Below, piece after piece: positions 9,299 to 18,475 of a stretch of DNA of 64,000 nt. Where the stretch lies: assembly GCA_046292385.1 (NCBI GenBank), contig JBKBRF010000019.1, positions 53,249 to 117,248 of the forward strand, given 5' to 3'. Source of the DNA: Armatimonadota bacterium (GTDB lineage Bacteria; Armatimonadota; SYMT01). The translations under genes and the position numbers were made by a program. The notes beneath the pieces are model-generated. The model worked only from the letters and a program-made list of their open reading frames with translations, had not been told where the DNA came from and did not search any database. Every line of letters begins with the position of its first letter. Position 1 is the stretch's first letter.

Positions 9299-10296
9299 GC
9301 AGCCTCGACCTCTCCCGCGTCACGGTGATCGTGCCGACCTACAACCGCGCGGCGAGCCTCCGCCGCTGCGTGGAAGCGCTGCTCCGGTGCGATCCCGGCG
9401 GGGCACAGGTGGAGCTGCGGGTCTCCGACGATGGCTCGACGGACGACACGGAGGCGGTGGTCGCCGATTTGAAAAGGGCCGCACCTCCCGCGTTCCGGGT
9501 TCACTACCACCGGGGGGAGAACGGCGGCCAGTCGGCGGCGCGGAACCGTGCCATCGCCGCCTCCGATACCGACGTGCTGCTCTTCACCGACGACGACTGC
9601 GAGCCGGACCGCGGCTGGATCGCCGCGATGCTCCGCGCCGGCTGGCACCCGGGCCTGGGGGCGGTCGGCGGCCACCTGGTGGCGGCGGCGCGCGGCAACC
9701 GGGTCTCCCGCTACTGCCGGTACATGCGCTACAACGAGTACCCGCCGGACGACGCGCCGCCCCGGTTCGTGAACAGCGCCAACTGCGCCTACCTGCGCAG
9801 CGCGCTGGTGGAGCTGGGCGGCTACGAGCAGCTCCTGCCGCGGCTGGTGGACCAGGACCTCGGCCGCCGCATCGCCCTGGCGGGGTACGAGCTGCGCTAC
9901 CAGCCGGAAGCACGGGTGGACCACCACCACCGGGAGAGCGTGCGCGTGCTGGCGCGCGACTACTGGCGCCGCGGCTATTCCAGCATCCTGCGCAACGTAA
10001 TCTGGGACGCCGAGCTGCCGATTACCCCGGCGCGGATCCGCAGCGAGCGCCGGACCCTCTACCGCCGCGGCGCGCGGATGCTCCTCGCGCTGCCATTCGA
10101 GGTGGTCAAGCTGCCGTTCCAGGGGGTCGCGGTGGGGGACGCGCCGCTCTTCGCCTACCTGAACTGGCTGCAGTGGGTGCAGGGCCGCGCGGGCCAGATC
10201 GCGGTGATGGAGGCGATCCTGGCGGGGGAGCAGTCGACCACCCGCACCGCGCGCGTGGCGGTTGCGGCAGAATCGGCGGGAGCGGCGTCCTCATGA
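9295..10296 (+). CDS. Glycosyltransferase family 2
   Basis: IVPTYNR, DDGSTD, FTDDDC, NSANCAY; ATGA overlap with upstream gene. Confidence 0.92.
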   Translation: MSSLDLSRVTVIVPTYNRAASLRRCVEALLRCDPGGAQVELRVSDDGSTDDTEAVVADLKRAAPPAFRVHYHRGENGGQSAARNRAIAASDTDVLLFTDDDCEPDRGWIAAMLRAGWHPGLGAVGGHLVAAARGNRVSRYCRYMRYNEYPPDDAPPRFVNSANCAYLRSALVELGGYEQLLPRLVDQDLGRRIALAGYELRYQPEARVDHHHRESVRVLARDYWRRGYSSILRNVIWDAELPITPARIRSERRTLYRRGARMLLALPFEVVKLPFQGVAVGDAPLFAYLNWLQWVQGRAGQIAVMEAILAGEQSTTRTARVAVAAESAGAASS

Positions 10297-11351
10297 ACAG
10301 CGTACCCGTCCAGGACGCGGAGGGGCTCCGGGCAGAAGTCCCGGACCTCCGGCGGATCACCGTCGTCCTCCCTACCTACAACCGCGCGGAGAGCGTGCGG
10401 CGCTGCGTGCTCGGCATCCTCGCCTGCGACGTCGAGGGGCTGGAGGTCGAGCTGCGGGTGGTGGACGACGGCTCACCGGACAACACCGCGGAGGTGATCG
10501 AAGAGGTGCGGCGGCGCTACGACGGCCCGATCCGCCTGGTCTACGACCGCCAGCCGAACGCGGGCCAGTCGTCCGCGCGCAACCGCGCGATCCGCGCGGC
10601 GGAGACCGACGTGCTGCTCTTCATCGACGACGACTGCGTTCCGGATCCCGGCTGGATCCGCGGGCTGGTGAGCGCGGACTGGTCGCCCGGCGTCGGCGCG
10701 GTCGGCGGCAGGCTCGTCGCCGCGCAGAAGGGCAACTGGATCTCCGACTACTGCCGCTACATCCGCTACAACGAGTTCCCGCCGGACGACGGGCCGCTCA
10801 CCTTCGTCAACAGCGCCAACTGTGCCTACCTGGCCCGCGCCCTGCAGGAAGTCGACGGCTACGAGTGCTCTCTCCCACGCGGAGTCGACCACGATCTCGG
10901 CTGGCGGGTGATGCTCGCCGGCTACCGGATGCTCTACCAGCCGGAGGCCGTGGTGCATCATTTCCACCGGGAGAGCCTGCGAGTGGTGCTCAAAGACTGC
11001 TGGACCCGCGGCGCTTCCAACACGGTGCGGTCGCAGCTCTGGGCCAGCGGCAAGCCGGTGACGCCGCTGCGCCTATTGCGGGAGTACTGGGTGCTGGCGC
11101 TCTCGCTGCTCGACCTGCTGGCGCTGCCGTGGCAGATGGCGCAGATCGCGCGGGAAGGCGTGGCGCCGCGCAACTGGCTGCCGTACGCGCTGCTGGGATG
11201 GACCCGCCGCGCAGCCGGCCGCTGTGGCAAGATATCGATGCTGCGCCGCATCCTCAAAGGGCGCCAGCCGCTCCAGCGCTCCTCCCGGGTCGTCAAGCGT
11301 GTCCCGCCGCCACCCCACGCGCCGCACTGGGTCCGCGCCAGCCGGGAGTAA
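10293..11351 (+). CDS. Glycosyltransferase family 2
   Basis: ATG 10293 overlapping upstream TGA; LPTYNR, VDDGSPD, FIDDDC, NSANCAY. Confidence 0.92.
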   Translation: MNSVPVQDAEGLRAEVPDLRRITVVLPTYNRAESVRRCVLGILACDVEGLEVELRVVDDGSPDNTAEVIEEVRRRYDGPIRLVYDRQPNAGQSSARNRAIRAAETDVLLFIDDDCVPDPGWIRGLVSADWSPGVGAVGGRLVAAQKGNWISDYCRYIRYNEFPPDDGPLTFVNSANCAYLARALQEVDGYECSLPRGVDHDLGWRVMLAGYRMLYQPEAVVHHFHRESLRVVLKDCWTRGASNTVRSQLWASGKPVTPLRLLREYWVLALSLLDLLALPWQMAQIAREGVAPRNWLPYALLGWTRRAAGRCGKISMLRRILKGRQPLQRSSRVVKRVPPPPHAPHWVRASRE

Positions 11352-11376
11352 CCGGCCCGCGGATGAGTGGGAGCGT

Positions 11377-11464
11377 CCAGGTTCCAGCTTGCAGGTTGGC
11401 AGGTTGCAAGTCAGCTCCCCGTGGGGCGGGGTTCCAAACCTGCAACCTGCCAACCTGCAACCTG
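11377..11464. repeat. Heptamer-repeat palindrome (GCAGGTT)n ... (AACCTGC)n
   Basis: ttgcaggttggcaggttgcaag ... aaacctgcaacctgccaacctgcaacctg. Confidence 0.8.
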
Positions 11465-11530
11465 TTAACACCCGCGAGAGTTAACACCCGCTAGAGGCAG
11501 CGTGGTGCGTCAGTAAGATCAGACTATCGA

Positions 11531-12595
11531 ATGCGAATCCTCTACGTCGGACGGAACGCCAGCATCGGCGGCGGCAGCACCTTCCGCCTCAACATGGGGC
11601 GCGGAATGAAGGCCCTGGGGCACGAGGTGTCCATCGCGACCTTTGGCGGGCCGATGGCGGCTCGCTGGGTGAAGGCCGGGCTCCGCTTCTACTGGGTGCC
11701 GCCGTTCCGGATCTTCTCGGGCATGGTCGAGCGGGTAATGCGGCGGGAGCGGATCGAGGTGGTGCACGCCTCCAACACCACCGCCGGCGACCGCGCCCTG
11801 CTGGCCTGCCGCCGCGCCGGCCTGCCGCTGGTGCTCTCGCTGCATAACACGATCAGCAACGAGGAGGCGAAGCACCAGTGCCTCAAAGAGGCGCGGCGGA
11901 TCGTGGTCTTCGACGACGGCGCCGCCCAGAGCGCGGGGAAGTTCACCTCGGAGTTCGACACCAGCAAGATCATCCGGCTGCCCCGGCCGGTGGAGCATCG
12001 TCCGCTCGACCCGGAGCGCCTGTCGCCGCACCACGTCGCCTACGTGGCGCGGATGAGCAGCCGGAAGGGCCGCGTGGCGCTGAGCCTGCTGGAAGGTTTC
12101 CGCGCCTACGCGAAGGAGTACCCGCAGGCCCGGATGACCCTGATCGGAGACGGCTCGCTGCGCGGGGAGGTGACCCGGCGCGCGGGGGAGATCTCCCGAG
12201 AGACCGGCTGCCGCATCGACGTCCACGGTCCCGTCCTCGACCCCGCGCCGCTGCTCGCCGGCGCGGGCCTGCTGGTGGGCGCGGGCTACGCGGCGCTGGA
12301 GGCGGCGATGCAGGGCCGCGCGGTGCTGGGGGCGGGCTTCAACGGGTACGGCCTGGTGACCGCCGACGCGGTGGAGGAGGCGGTCGCGGCCAACTTCGGG
12401 GACACCGTCGGCGGGTGGGAGATGACGCCGGAGAACATGCGGCAGGCGCTCCTGACGGTGACGAGAGCGTGGGACCAGCCCGCCGAGCGCGCCCGTTATT
12501 GGGGACTCGACCGGGTGCTGGCGCCGATCCACGCGATCGAGAACGTGGCGCCGCGCCTGGAGGCGGTCTACCGGGAGGTGCTGGAGCGCGCATGA
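11531..12595 (+). CDS. Glycosyltransferase family 4 (GT-B)
   Basis: N-terminal IGGG, GHEV, IEVVHA; C-terminal RMSSRKG, IGDG, ALEAAMQG. Confidence 0.8.
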   Translation: MRILYVGRNASIGGGSTFRLNMGRGMKALGHEVSIATFGGPMAARWVKAGLRFYWVPPFRIFSGMVERVMRRERIEVVHASNTTAGDRALLACRRAGLPLVLSLHNTISNEEAKHQCLKEARRIVVFDDGAAQSAGKFTSEFDTSKIIRLPRPVEHRPLDPERLSPHHVAYVARMSSRKGRVALSLLEGFRAYAKEYPQARMTLIGDGSLRGEVTRRAGEISRETGCRIDVHGPVLDPAPLLAGAGLLVGAGYAALEAAMQGRAVLGAGFNGYGLVTADAVEEAVAANFGDTVGGWEMTPENMRQALLTVTRAWDQPAERARYWGLDRVLAPIHAIENVAPRLEAVYREVLERA

Positions 12596-13821
12596 ACCAG
12601 CCGAGCGGCTCGGACGGCGACGCGCCCCGCGTCTTGATGGTCCTGAAGCGCGCCGGCGGCTACGGCGGGCTCCAGATGCAGGCGCGGCGGGTGGCGGTTC
12701 GGATGGCGGAGCGGGAACTGCCGGTCTCGATCGTGGCCCACACCCGGCGGCCGCTGACGCGGTCGCCCCGCTGGGCACGGCAGGTCTCCACGACCTTTCT
12801 CCAGGCACCGGAGCAGTGGAGCTTCGCCTGGAGGCTCTACCGCTACCTGTGCAGTCACCGGGAGAGCTACGACCTGGTCCACGTCCACGGCTTTGGGCTC
12901 GAGACGTTTGCGGCGATGGCCGCCCGGCAGCAGACCGGCCGGCCGCTGGTGGTGAAGCCGAGCGTGGCCGGCCCCGGCACCAAGCTCCACACCTACCGCC
13001 GCTTCTTCAAGCAGCTTCCCGTGCTGCAGCGCTGCTGGTCGCCGGTCGACCGCTGGGTCAGCATCAGCGAGGAGACTGCGGGCGATCTCCTGGGAATGGG
13101 GGTGCCGGAGAGCCGCATCGCGCGGGTGCCGAATGGCGTCGATACGGAGCGCTTCCGTCCCGCCGGCGAGGAGGAGCGCGCCCGGCTCCGGCGGCGATTC
13201 GGGGTGGGGGAGGGGGAGCGGGTACTCTGCACCGTGTCCCGCCTCCGGGGGCACAAGCGGGTCGACACGCTCCTCGGTGCCTTCGCGGAGGTCAGCCGGA
13301 ACGCCGGCCCGGCCCGCCTCTGGATCATCGGTAAGGGGCCGGAGCGCGGGCGGCTGGAGGCGCAGATCGCAGCCTCCGGGCTTTCGAGGCGCGTGGAGCT
13401 TCTCGGAGACTGCCCGCCGCGCCAGGTGGCCAGGCGGCTGCGGGCCTCCGACGCGTTCGGCCTGCTCTCCGACTGGGAAGGCCTTCCCAACGCGCTGCTG
13501 GAGGCGATGGCCTGCGGTCTGCCGGTGCTCGCGACACCGGTGAGCGGCAGCGTGGACGTGGTGGAGGATGGCGTGACGGGGCGGCTCGCGGCGCGCGACG
13601 ATGAGCCGGCGCTCCGCGCCGCGCTCCGCGAGGTGCTGTACGACGAGGAGGCGCGGCGCCTGGGGAAGTCGGCTGCCGCGATGATCCAGGAGCGCTATTC
13701 GCTCGACGCCACTGTCGACCGCCTCCAGCGCCTCTACGCGGCGTGTCTCCCTGCCGGCTCCCTCTCGTCGGCGCGGCAGGAGAGCGGAGAGCGGTGTGCA
13801 CTCGACCGGAGAGCCGGATAG
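12592..13821 (+). CDS. Glycosyltransferase family 4
   Basis: ATG 12592 (ATGA overlap); VPNGVDTERF, RLRGHKR, EGLPNALLEAMACGLPV. Confidence 0.93.
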   Translation: MNQPSGSDGDAPRVLMVLKRAGGYGGLQMQARRVAVRMAERELPVSIVAHTRRPLTRSPRWARQVSTTFLQAPEQWSFAWRLYRYLCSHRESYDLVHVHGFGLETFAAMAARQQTGRPLVVKPSVAGPGTKLHTYRRFFKQLPVLQRCWSPVDRWVSISEETAGDLLGMGVPESRIARVPNGVDTERFRPAGEEERARLRRRFGVGEGERVLCTVSRLRGHKRVDTLLGAFAEVSRNAGPARLWIIGKGPERGRLEAQIAASGLSRRVELLGDCPPRQVARRLRASDAFGLLSDWEGLPNALLEAMACGLPVLATPVSGSVDVVEDGVTGRLAARDDEPALRAALREVLYDEEARRLGKSAAAMIQERYSLDATVDRLQRLYAACLPAGSLSSARQESGERCALDRRAG

Positions 13822-14010
13822 ACTTACACCGCCCTGCACTCGCACCGAAGGCCGTACTGCGTCTCACTTTTTGAGTGGGCGCAAGGGAGAGCGGGGGAGC
13901 GAGAGAGAGCCTTGGCGGGACCGCGGTCGCCCACTCTCCATTGCTCCCATTCTCCCACTCAGTCAAGCTGCCGGCCCCACGGATCGCAGGGGCCGTTGTA
14001 TCAGTCCAGC

Positions 14011-14514
14011 ATGCCCCGCTCCACCGCCCAGAAGCTCGTCTCGCGCGAGCAGCTCTCGTCCCTCGGAGACCGGCTCCGCGCCGAAGGCCGGCGAGTGGTC
14101 TTCACTAACGGCTGCTTCGACCTGCTTCACGTGGGGCACCTGCGCTACCTGGCGCAGGCGCGGGAGCTGGGCGACGCGCTGGTGGTCGGCGTCAACACCG
14201 ATGCCGGCGTGCGGCGGCTCAAGGGCCCGTCCCGCCCCCTCGTCAGCGAGGAAGAGCGCGCCGAGCTGCTGGCGGGGCTCGAATGCGTCGACTGGGTGAC
14301 GCTCTTCGATGAGCCGACCCCGGTAGCGACGATCGCCGCGCTGCGGCCGCACCTCCACGTGAAGGGCGGCGACTACCGGCCGGACGACCTACCCGAGGCG
14401 GAAGTGGTCCGGTCGTACGGCGGAGAGATCGCCATTATGCCGCTGGTGCCGGGGCGGTCCACCACCAGCCTCGCGGAGAAGATCCGGGAGACGGGGGAGA
14501 ACGAGCAGAAATGA
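14011..14514 (+). CDS. rfaE2: D-glycero-beta-D-manno-heptose 1-phosphate adenylyltransferase (RfaE domain II, stand-alone)
   Basis: VFTNGCFDLLHVGH, KGPSRP, VKGGDY, GRSTT; ATG 14011. Confidence 0.9.
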   Translation: MPRSTAQKLVSREQLSSLGDRLRAEGRRVVFTNGCFDLLHVGHLRYLAQARELGDALVVGVNTDAGVRRLKGPSRPLVSEEERAELLAGLECVDWVTLFDEPTPVATIAALRPHLHVKGGDYRPDDLPEAEVVRSYGGEIAIMPLVPGRSTTSLAEKIRETGENEQK

Positions 14515-15227
14515 AGGTGATGGGAGTCGTTCCCGCCCGGTATGCTTCCAGCCGGTTCCCGGGCAAGCCGCTCGCGGTGATCGCCGGAAAGACGATGATC
14601 GAGCACGTCTACCGGCGCGCCAGCGAGGCGAAGTCGCTCCAGGAGCTGTGGGTCGCCACCGACGACGAGCGGATCTTCGCCGCGGTGGAGGCGTTCGGCG
14701 GGAACGTGGTAATGACGCGCCCGGACCACCCGACCGGCACCGACCGGATCGCGGAGGCGGCCAGCGGCCTCGACGCGGAGGTGATCGTCAACATCCAGGG
14801 CGACGAGCCGCTGCTCGACCCGGGCGAGATCGACGCCGTGGTGGAGCCGTTCACGACGGAGCCGGACGTGGTGATGTCGACCGCCGCCACGCCGATCAAA
14901 GACCCGCGCGACGTACAGGACCCCGGGGTGGTGAAGGTGGTGCTCGATCGCCGCGGCTTCGCGCTCTACTTCTCCCGCCTGCCGATCCCGTACTACCGCG
15001 CCGCCTCGGACGGCCGCTGGCTCAAGCACCTGGGGCTCTACGCCTACCGCCGCGACTTCCTGTTCACCTACGCCGCGCTGCCGCCCACCCCGCTGGAAGC
15101 GGCCGAGCGCCTGGAGCAGCTCCGCGCGCTGGAGCACGGGCACCGCATCCGGGTGGTGCTGACGGACCACGACGCGGTGAGCGTCGACACGCCGCAGGAC
15201 CTGGAGCGGGTCCGGGCGCTCTTCTAA
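14511..15227 (+). CDS. kdsB: 3-deoxy-manno-octulosonate cytidylyltransferase (CMP-Kdo synthetase)
   Basis: PARYASSRFPGKPL, TGTDR, NIQGDEP, LYFSR, HLGLYAY, LEQLRALE, VDT. Confidence 0.96.
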   Translation: MKVMGVVPARYASSRFPGKPLAVIAGKTMIEHVYRRASEAKSLQELWVATDDERIFAAVEAFGGNVVMTRPDHPTGTDRIAEAASGLDAEVIVNIQGDEPLLDPGEIDAVVEPFTTEPDVVMSTAATPIKDPRDVQDPGVVKVVLDRRGFALYFSRLPIPYYRAASDGRWLKHLGLYAYRRDFLFTYAALPPTPLEAAERLEQLRALEHGHRIRVVLTDHDAVSVDTPQDLERVRALF

Positions 15228-15237
15228 GGAACTCCCC

Positions 15238-16065
15238 ATGACTCCGTTTCAGATCGGCGCGGTTGAAGTTGGCGGCCCCTCGCTCTGCGTCATCGCCGGG
15301 CCGTGCGTGATCGAAGACGAGGAGACCTGCCTGGAAGTCGGGCGGGCGATGCGCGACACCTGCGCGGAGCTCGGCTTCGGCTACGTCTTCAAGGCGAGCT
15401 ACGACAAGGCGAACCGCACCAGCATCCAGTCCTTCCGCGGTCCCGGCCTGGAGCGCGGCACGGAGATCCTGGGCCGCGTGCGCGAGGCGCTCGGCACTCC
15501 CGCGCTGACCGACTTCCACGAGGCCGGGCAGGCGGCCCGCATCGCTCCGGCGGTCGACATTCTTCAGGTCCCCGCCTTCCTGGCCCGCCAGACCGATCTG
15601 CTGGTCGCCGCGGCGGAGACCGGCCGCGCCGTCAACGTCAAGAAGGCGCAGTTCATGGCGCCGTGGGACATGGGGCAGGTGGTCGGAAAGCTCCGGGAGG
15701 CCGGCTGCGACCGGATCCTGCTGACCGAGCGGGGGGTCTCGTTCGGGTACAACACCCTGGTGGTCGACTTCCGCAGCCTCCCCCAGATGCGCGCCCTCGG
15801 GCACCCGGTCTGTTTCGATGTGACGCACAGCATGCAGCAGCCGAGCGGCCAGGGGAGCCAGTCCGGCGCGACCCGGGAATACGCGGGACACCTGGCGCGC
15901 GCCGCGGTAGCGGTGGGGATCGACGCGCTGTTCCTGGAAGTCCACCCGGAGCCCGCCCGCGCGAAGAGCGACGCCGCCGCCCAGCTCAACATCGAGGAGG
16001 CCCGCACGCTGCTCCGCCAGATCGCGAAGCTGCGGCAGGTGATGGGGGAGATGCCGAACCTTTAA
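15238..16065 (+). CDS. kdsA: Kdo-8-phosphate synthase
   Basis: IAGPCVIE, FKASYDKANRTS, QVPAFLARQTDL, NVKKAQF, TERG, FDVTHS, FLEVHP. Confidence 0.97.
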   Translation: MTPFQIGAVEVGGPSLCVIAGPCVIEDEETCLEVGRAMRDTCAELGFGYVFKASYDKANRTSIQSFRGPGLERGTEILGRVREALGTPALTDFHEAGQAARIAPAVDILQVPAFLARQTDLLVAAAETGRAVNVKKAQFMAPWDMGQVVGKLREAGCDRILLTERGVSFGYNTLVVDFRSLPQMRALGHPVCFDVTHSMQQPSGQGSQSGATREYAGHLARAAVAVGIDALFLEVHPEPARAKSDAAAQLNIEEARTLLRQIAKLRQVMGEMPNL

Positions 16066-16265
16066 GGGGATGAGGGGAGGGAACTGGGGATGGTGGGGAT
16101 GGGCAGCCTTCCGAACCCAGAGTCCGACTCCTTCTCTTTCTCTTCCTCCGGCTCGGAGCCACACGGTACTCCACACCCCCGCGCGCAGCAACCGCCCTCG
16201 GCCTTGCGCTGCCCAGCCGTCAACGTCGGCATCACCCATCGCATGACTGAGACCGGGATACGACC

Positions 16266-17249
16266 ATGCAGCCTGAATCGCGAGAAGAGCTGATTGCCGC
16301 CGGGCGCGAGGTGCTTCGCCAAGAGGCGGAGGCGATCTCCTCGCTCTCCGCCCGGCTGGGCGGCGCGTTCGCCGACGCGGTCTCGCTGATCGTCGAGGCG
16401 GGGGGCCGCGTGGTGGTGACCGGGATCGGGAAGTCGGGCGCGGTGGCGCGGAAGTCGGCCGCCACGCTCGCCAGCACCGGGACCCCGGCGCTCTACCTTC
16501 ACCCGGCGGAGGGCGTCCACGGCGACCTCGGCATGGTGACCCGTCATGACGTGGCGGTCGCCCTCTCCTACAGCGGCGAGACCGACGAGATCCTGGCGAT
16601 CCTGCCGGTGCTGAAGCGGCTGGGAGTGGGACTGATCGCCGTGACCGGCAAGCCGGGCTCCACCCTGGCGGAAGCGGCCGACGTGGTGCTCGACGTCTCC
16701 GTCGAGCGGGAAGCCTGCCCGCTCAACCTGGCGCCGACCACCTCCACCACCGCGATGCTGGCGCTGATGGACGCCCTCGCGGTGGCGGCGATGAGCGTGC
16801 GGCGGTTCACGAAAGACGACTACGCCCTCTTCCACCCCGCCGGCTCGCTGGGGCGCCGGCTGCTGCTGCGGGTGGGGGACCTGATGCGCCGCGGGGAGCG
16901 GGTGGCAGTCTGCTCTCCGGAAAGCTCCATCCGGGACGCGCTCTTCACCATCACCAGCGCGCAGTCCGGCTGCGTCTTCGCGGTCGACGCGGACGGCGCC
17001 TACCTCGGCCTGCTCACCGACGGCGACATCCGCCGCCTGCTGCTGCGGGACGCCGCGGCGCTCGATCGGACCGTCTCCGAGGTGCTGAACCGGCGGGGCC
17101 GGTCCACCTCGCCGGAGCGGCTCGTCACGGAGGCGCTGGAGGTGATGCAGCAGCCGCCGGAGTGCTCCGAGCTGCCGGTGCTGGACGAGTGCGGGGTGCC
17201 GGTCGGGGTACTCAATCTCAAAGATATTGCACGCGCCGGCATATTCTAA
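16266..17249 (+). CDS. kdsD: Arabinose-5-phosphate isomerase, KpsF/GutQ family (SIS + CBS)
   Basis: TGIGKSG, LASTGTP, HGDLG, SYSGET, EACPLNLAPTTST, FHPAGSLG, TDGDIRR. Confidence 0.95.
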   Translation: MQPESREELIAAGREVLRQEAEAISSLSARLGGAFADAVSLIVEAGGRVVVTGIGKSGAVARKSAATLASTGTPALYLHPAEGVHGDLGMVTRHDVAVALSYSGETDEILAILPVLKRLGVGLIAVTGKPGSTLAEAADVVLDVSVEREACPLNLAPTTSTTAMLALMDALAVAAMSVRRFTKDDYALFHPAGSLGRRLLLRVGDLMRRGERVAVCSPESSIRDALFTITSAQSGCVFAVDADGAYLGLLTDGDIRRLLLRDAAALDRTVSEVLNRRGRSTSPERLVTEALEVMQQPPECSELPVLDECGVPVGVLNLKDIARAGIF

Positions 17250-17365
17250 GTGGGAGACTCGGCTGCCGCGCGGGCCACGGCGAGCGACCCCGGGAACGAC
17301 TGCCGACCGGGTCTTTCCAGGCGTGGCGAGCGGGCTTGCGGCGCCCCGGGGACGGCCGCGCTTGG

Positions 17366-17394
17366 TTGTAAGCAGGGGGGTCGCGTGGTATACT
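17366..17394 (+). promoter_or_regulatory. Putative sigma70 promoter of ilvE(-clpC)
   Basis: TTGTAA-N17-TATACT with TG extension, followed by GGAGGAG RBS. Confidence 0.6.
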
Positions 17395-17428
17395 CAGGCA
17401 AGTTTCCCGGCCCCTGGGAGGAGCCTGA

Positions 17429-18349
17429 ATGAGCCTGTTGGTCTACCTGAATGGAGCCTTCGTGGAGAAGGACCAGGCACGAGTCTCGGTTTGGGATCAC
17501 GGCTTCCTCTACGGGGACGGCGTCTTTGAAGGGATCCGCGCCTACAGCGGCCGCATCTTTCGCCTGGACGAGCACGTGGAGCGGCTCTACCGCTCCGCGC
17601 GGGCGATCATGCTCGACGTGCCGCTCACGCCGGACCAGATGCGCCAGGCGATCCTGGAGACCTGCGCCCGCAACGAGATCACCAGCGGCTACATCCGGGT
17701 GGTGATCTCCCGCGGCGCGGGCGACCTGGGCATCGATCCGCGGAACTGTCGGGTGGGACCGACAGTCGTGATCATCGCGGATAAACTGACGATGTATCCG
17801 CCTTCCATGTATGAGAACGGGATGGCGGTGATCACCACCAGCACGCGGAGGAATTCCCCCGCGGCGCTGGATCCGAATATCAAGTCGCTCAACTACCTGA
17901 ACAACATCCTCGCGAAGATCGAGGTGAACCGGGCAGCGCGGGCGGCGGGCGAGATCCCGGTAGGGGAAGGCTTGATGCTCAACCTGGACGGGTACGTCGC
18001 GGAAGCCACGGGGGACAACATCTTCGTGGTAGACCGCGGGATCCTCGTGACGCCGCCGGTGCACGTGGGCATCCTGGAAGGGATCACCCGCAACGCCGTG
18101 CTGGACCTGGCTCGTGGAATGGGGATTCCGACGGAAGAGCGTGTGTTTACCATGACCACGGTCTACGGCGCCGAGGAGATCTTCCTCACCGGCACCGGGG
18201 CCGAGGTGATCCCGGTGGTCCAGGTGGACGACCGCACCATCGGGGACGGCAGGCCGGGTCCCACTACCCGCCGGCTGATCGAAGCCTTCCGGGAACTAGT
18301 CAACCGGGAGGGCGTGGAGATCGCGGCGAGGGAACCTGCGCTGCATTAG
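17429..18349 (+). CDS. ilvE: Branched-chain amino acid aminotransferase (class IV PLP)
   Basis: DHGFLYGDGVFEGIRAY, IKSLNYLNN, EATGDNIF, LEGITR, EIFLTGT. Confidence 0.95.
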   Translation: MSLLVYLNGAFVEKDQARVSVWDHGFLYGDGVFEGIRAYSGRIFRLDEHVERLYRSARAIMLDVPLTPDQMRQAILETCARNEITSGYIRVVISRGAGDLGIDPRNCRVGPTVVIIADKLTMYPPSMYENGMAVITTSTRRNSPAALDPNIKSLNYLNNILAKIEVNRAARAAGEIPVGEGLMLNLDGYVAEATGDNIFVVDRGILVTPPVHVGILEGITRNAVLDLARGMGIPTEERVFTMTTVYGAEEIFLTGTGAEVIPVVQVDDRTIGDGRPGPTTRRLIEAFRELVNREGVEIAAREPALH

Positions 18350-18475
18350 CCGCTTCTGTATATAGGGAGCAATCGCTCCGATCTCGGGCGCCTGGTCGCT
18401 CGGGAAAAGAGCGCCCTATGGGGGTTTCGATCCCAGAGCGGAAGCGGTAGAGAGGACTAGGAGGAGTTAACCAGC

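Noticed and set aside
9204..13821. Apparent long fusion ORFs 9204-11351 and 11878-13821 (also 23399-24712, 24799-26808, 43799-44875, 58067-59590) suggesting frameshifts
   Set aside because: The extensions are off-frame reads through the upstream gene; real starts lie at ATGA/TGATG overlaps or after clear RBSs
18419..18436. T-loop-like GGTTTCGATCCC suggesting a tRNA
   Set aside because: No proper D-arm, anticodon arm or CCA/acceptor geometry
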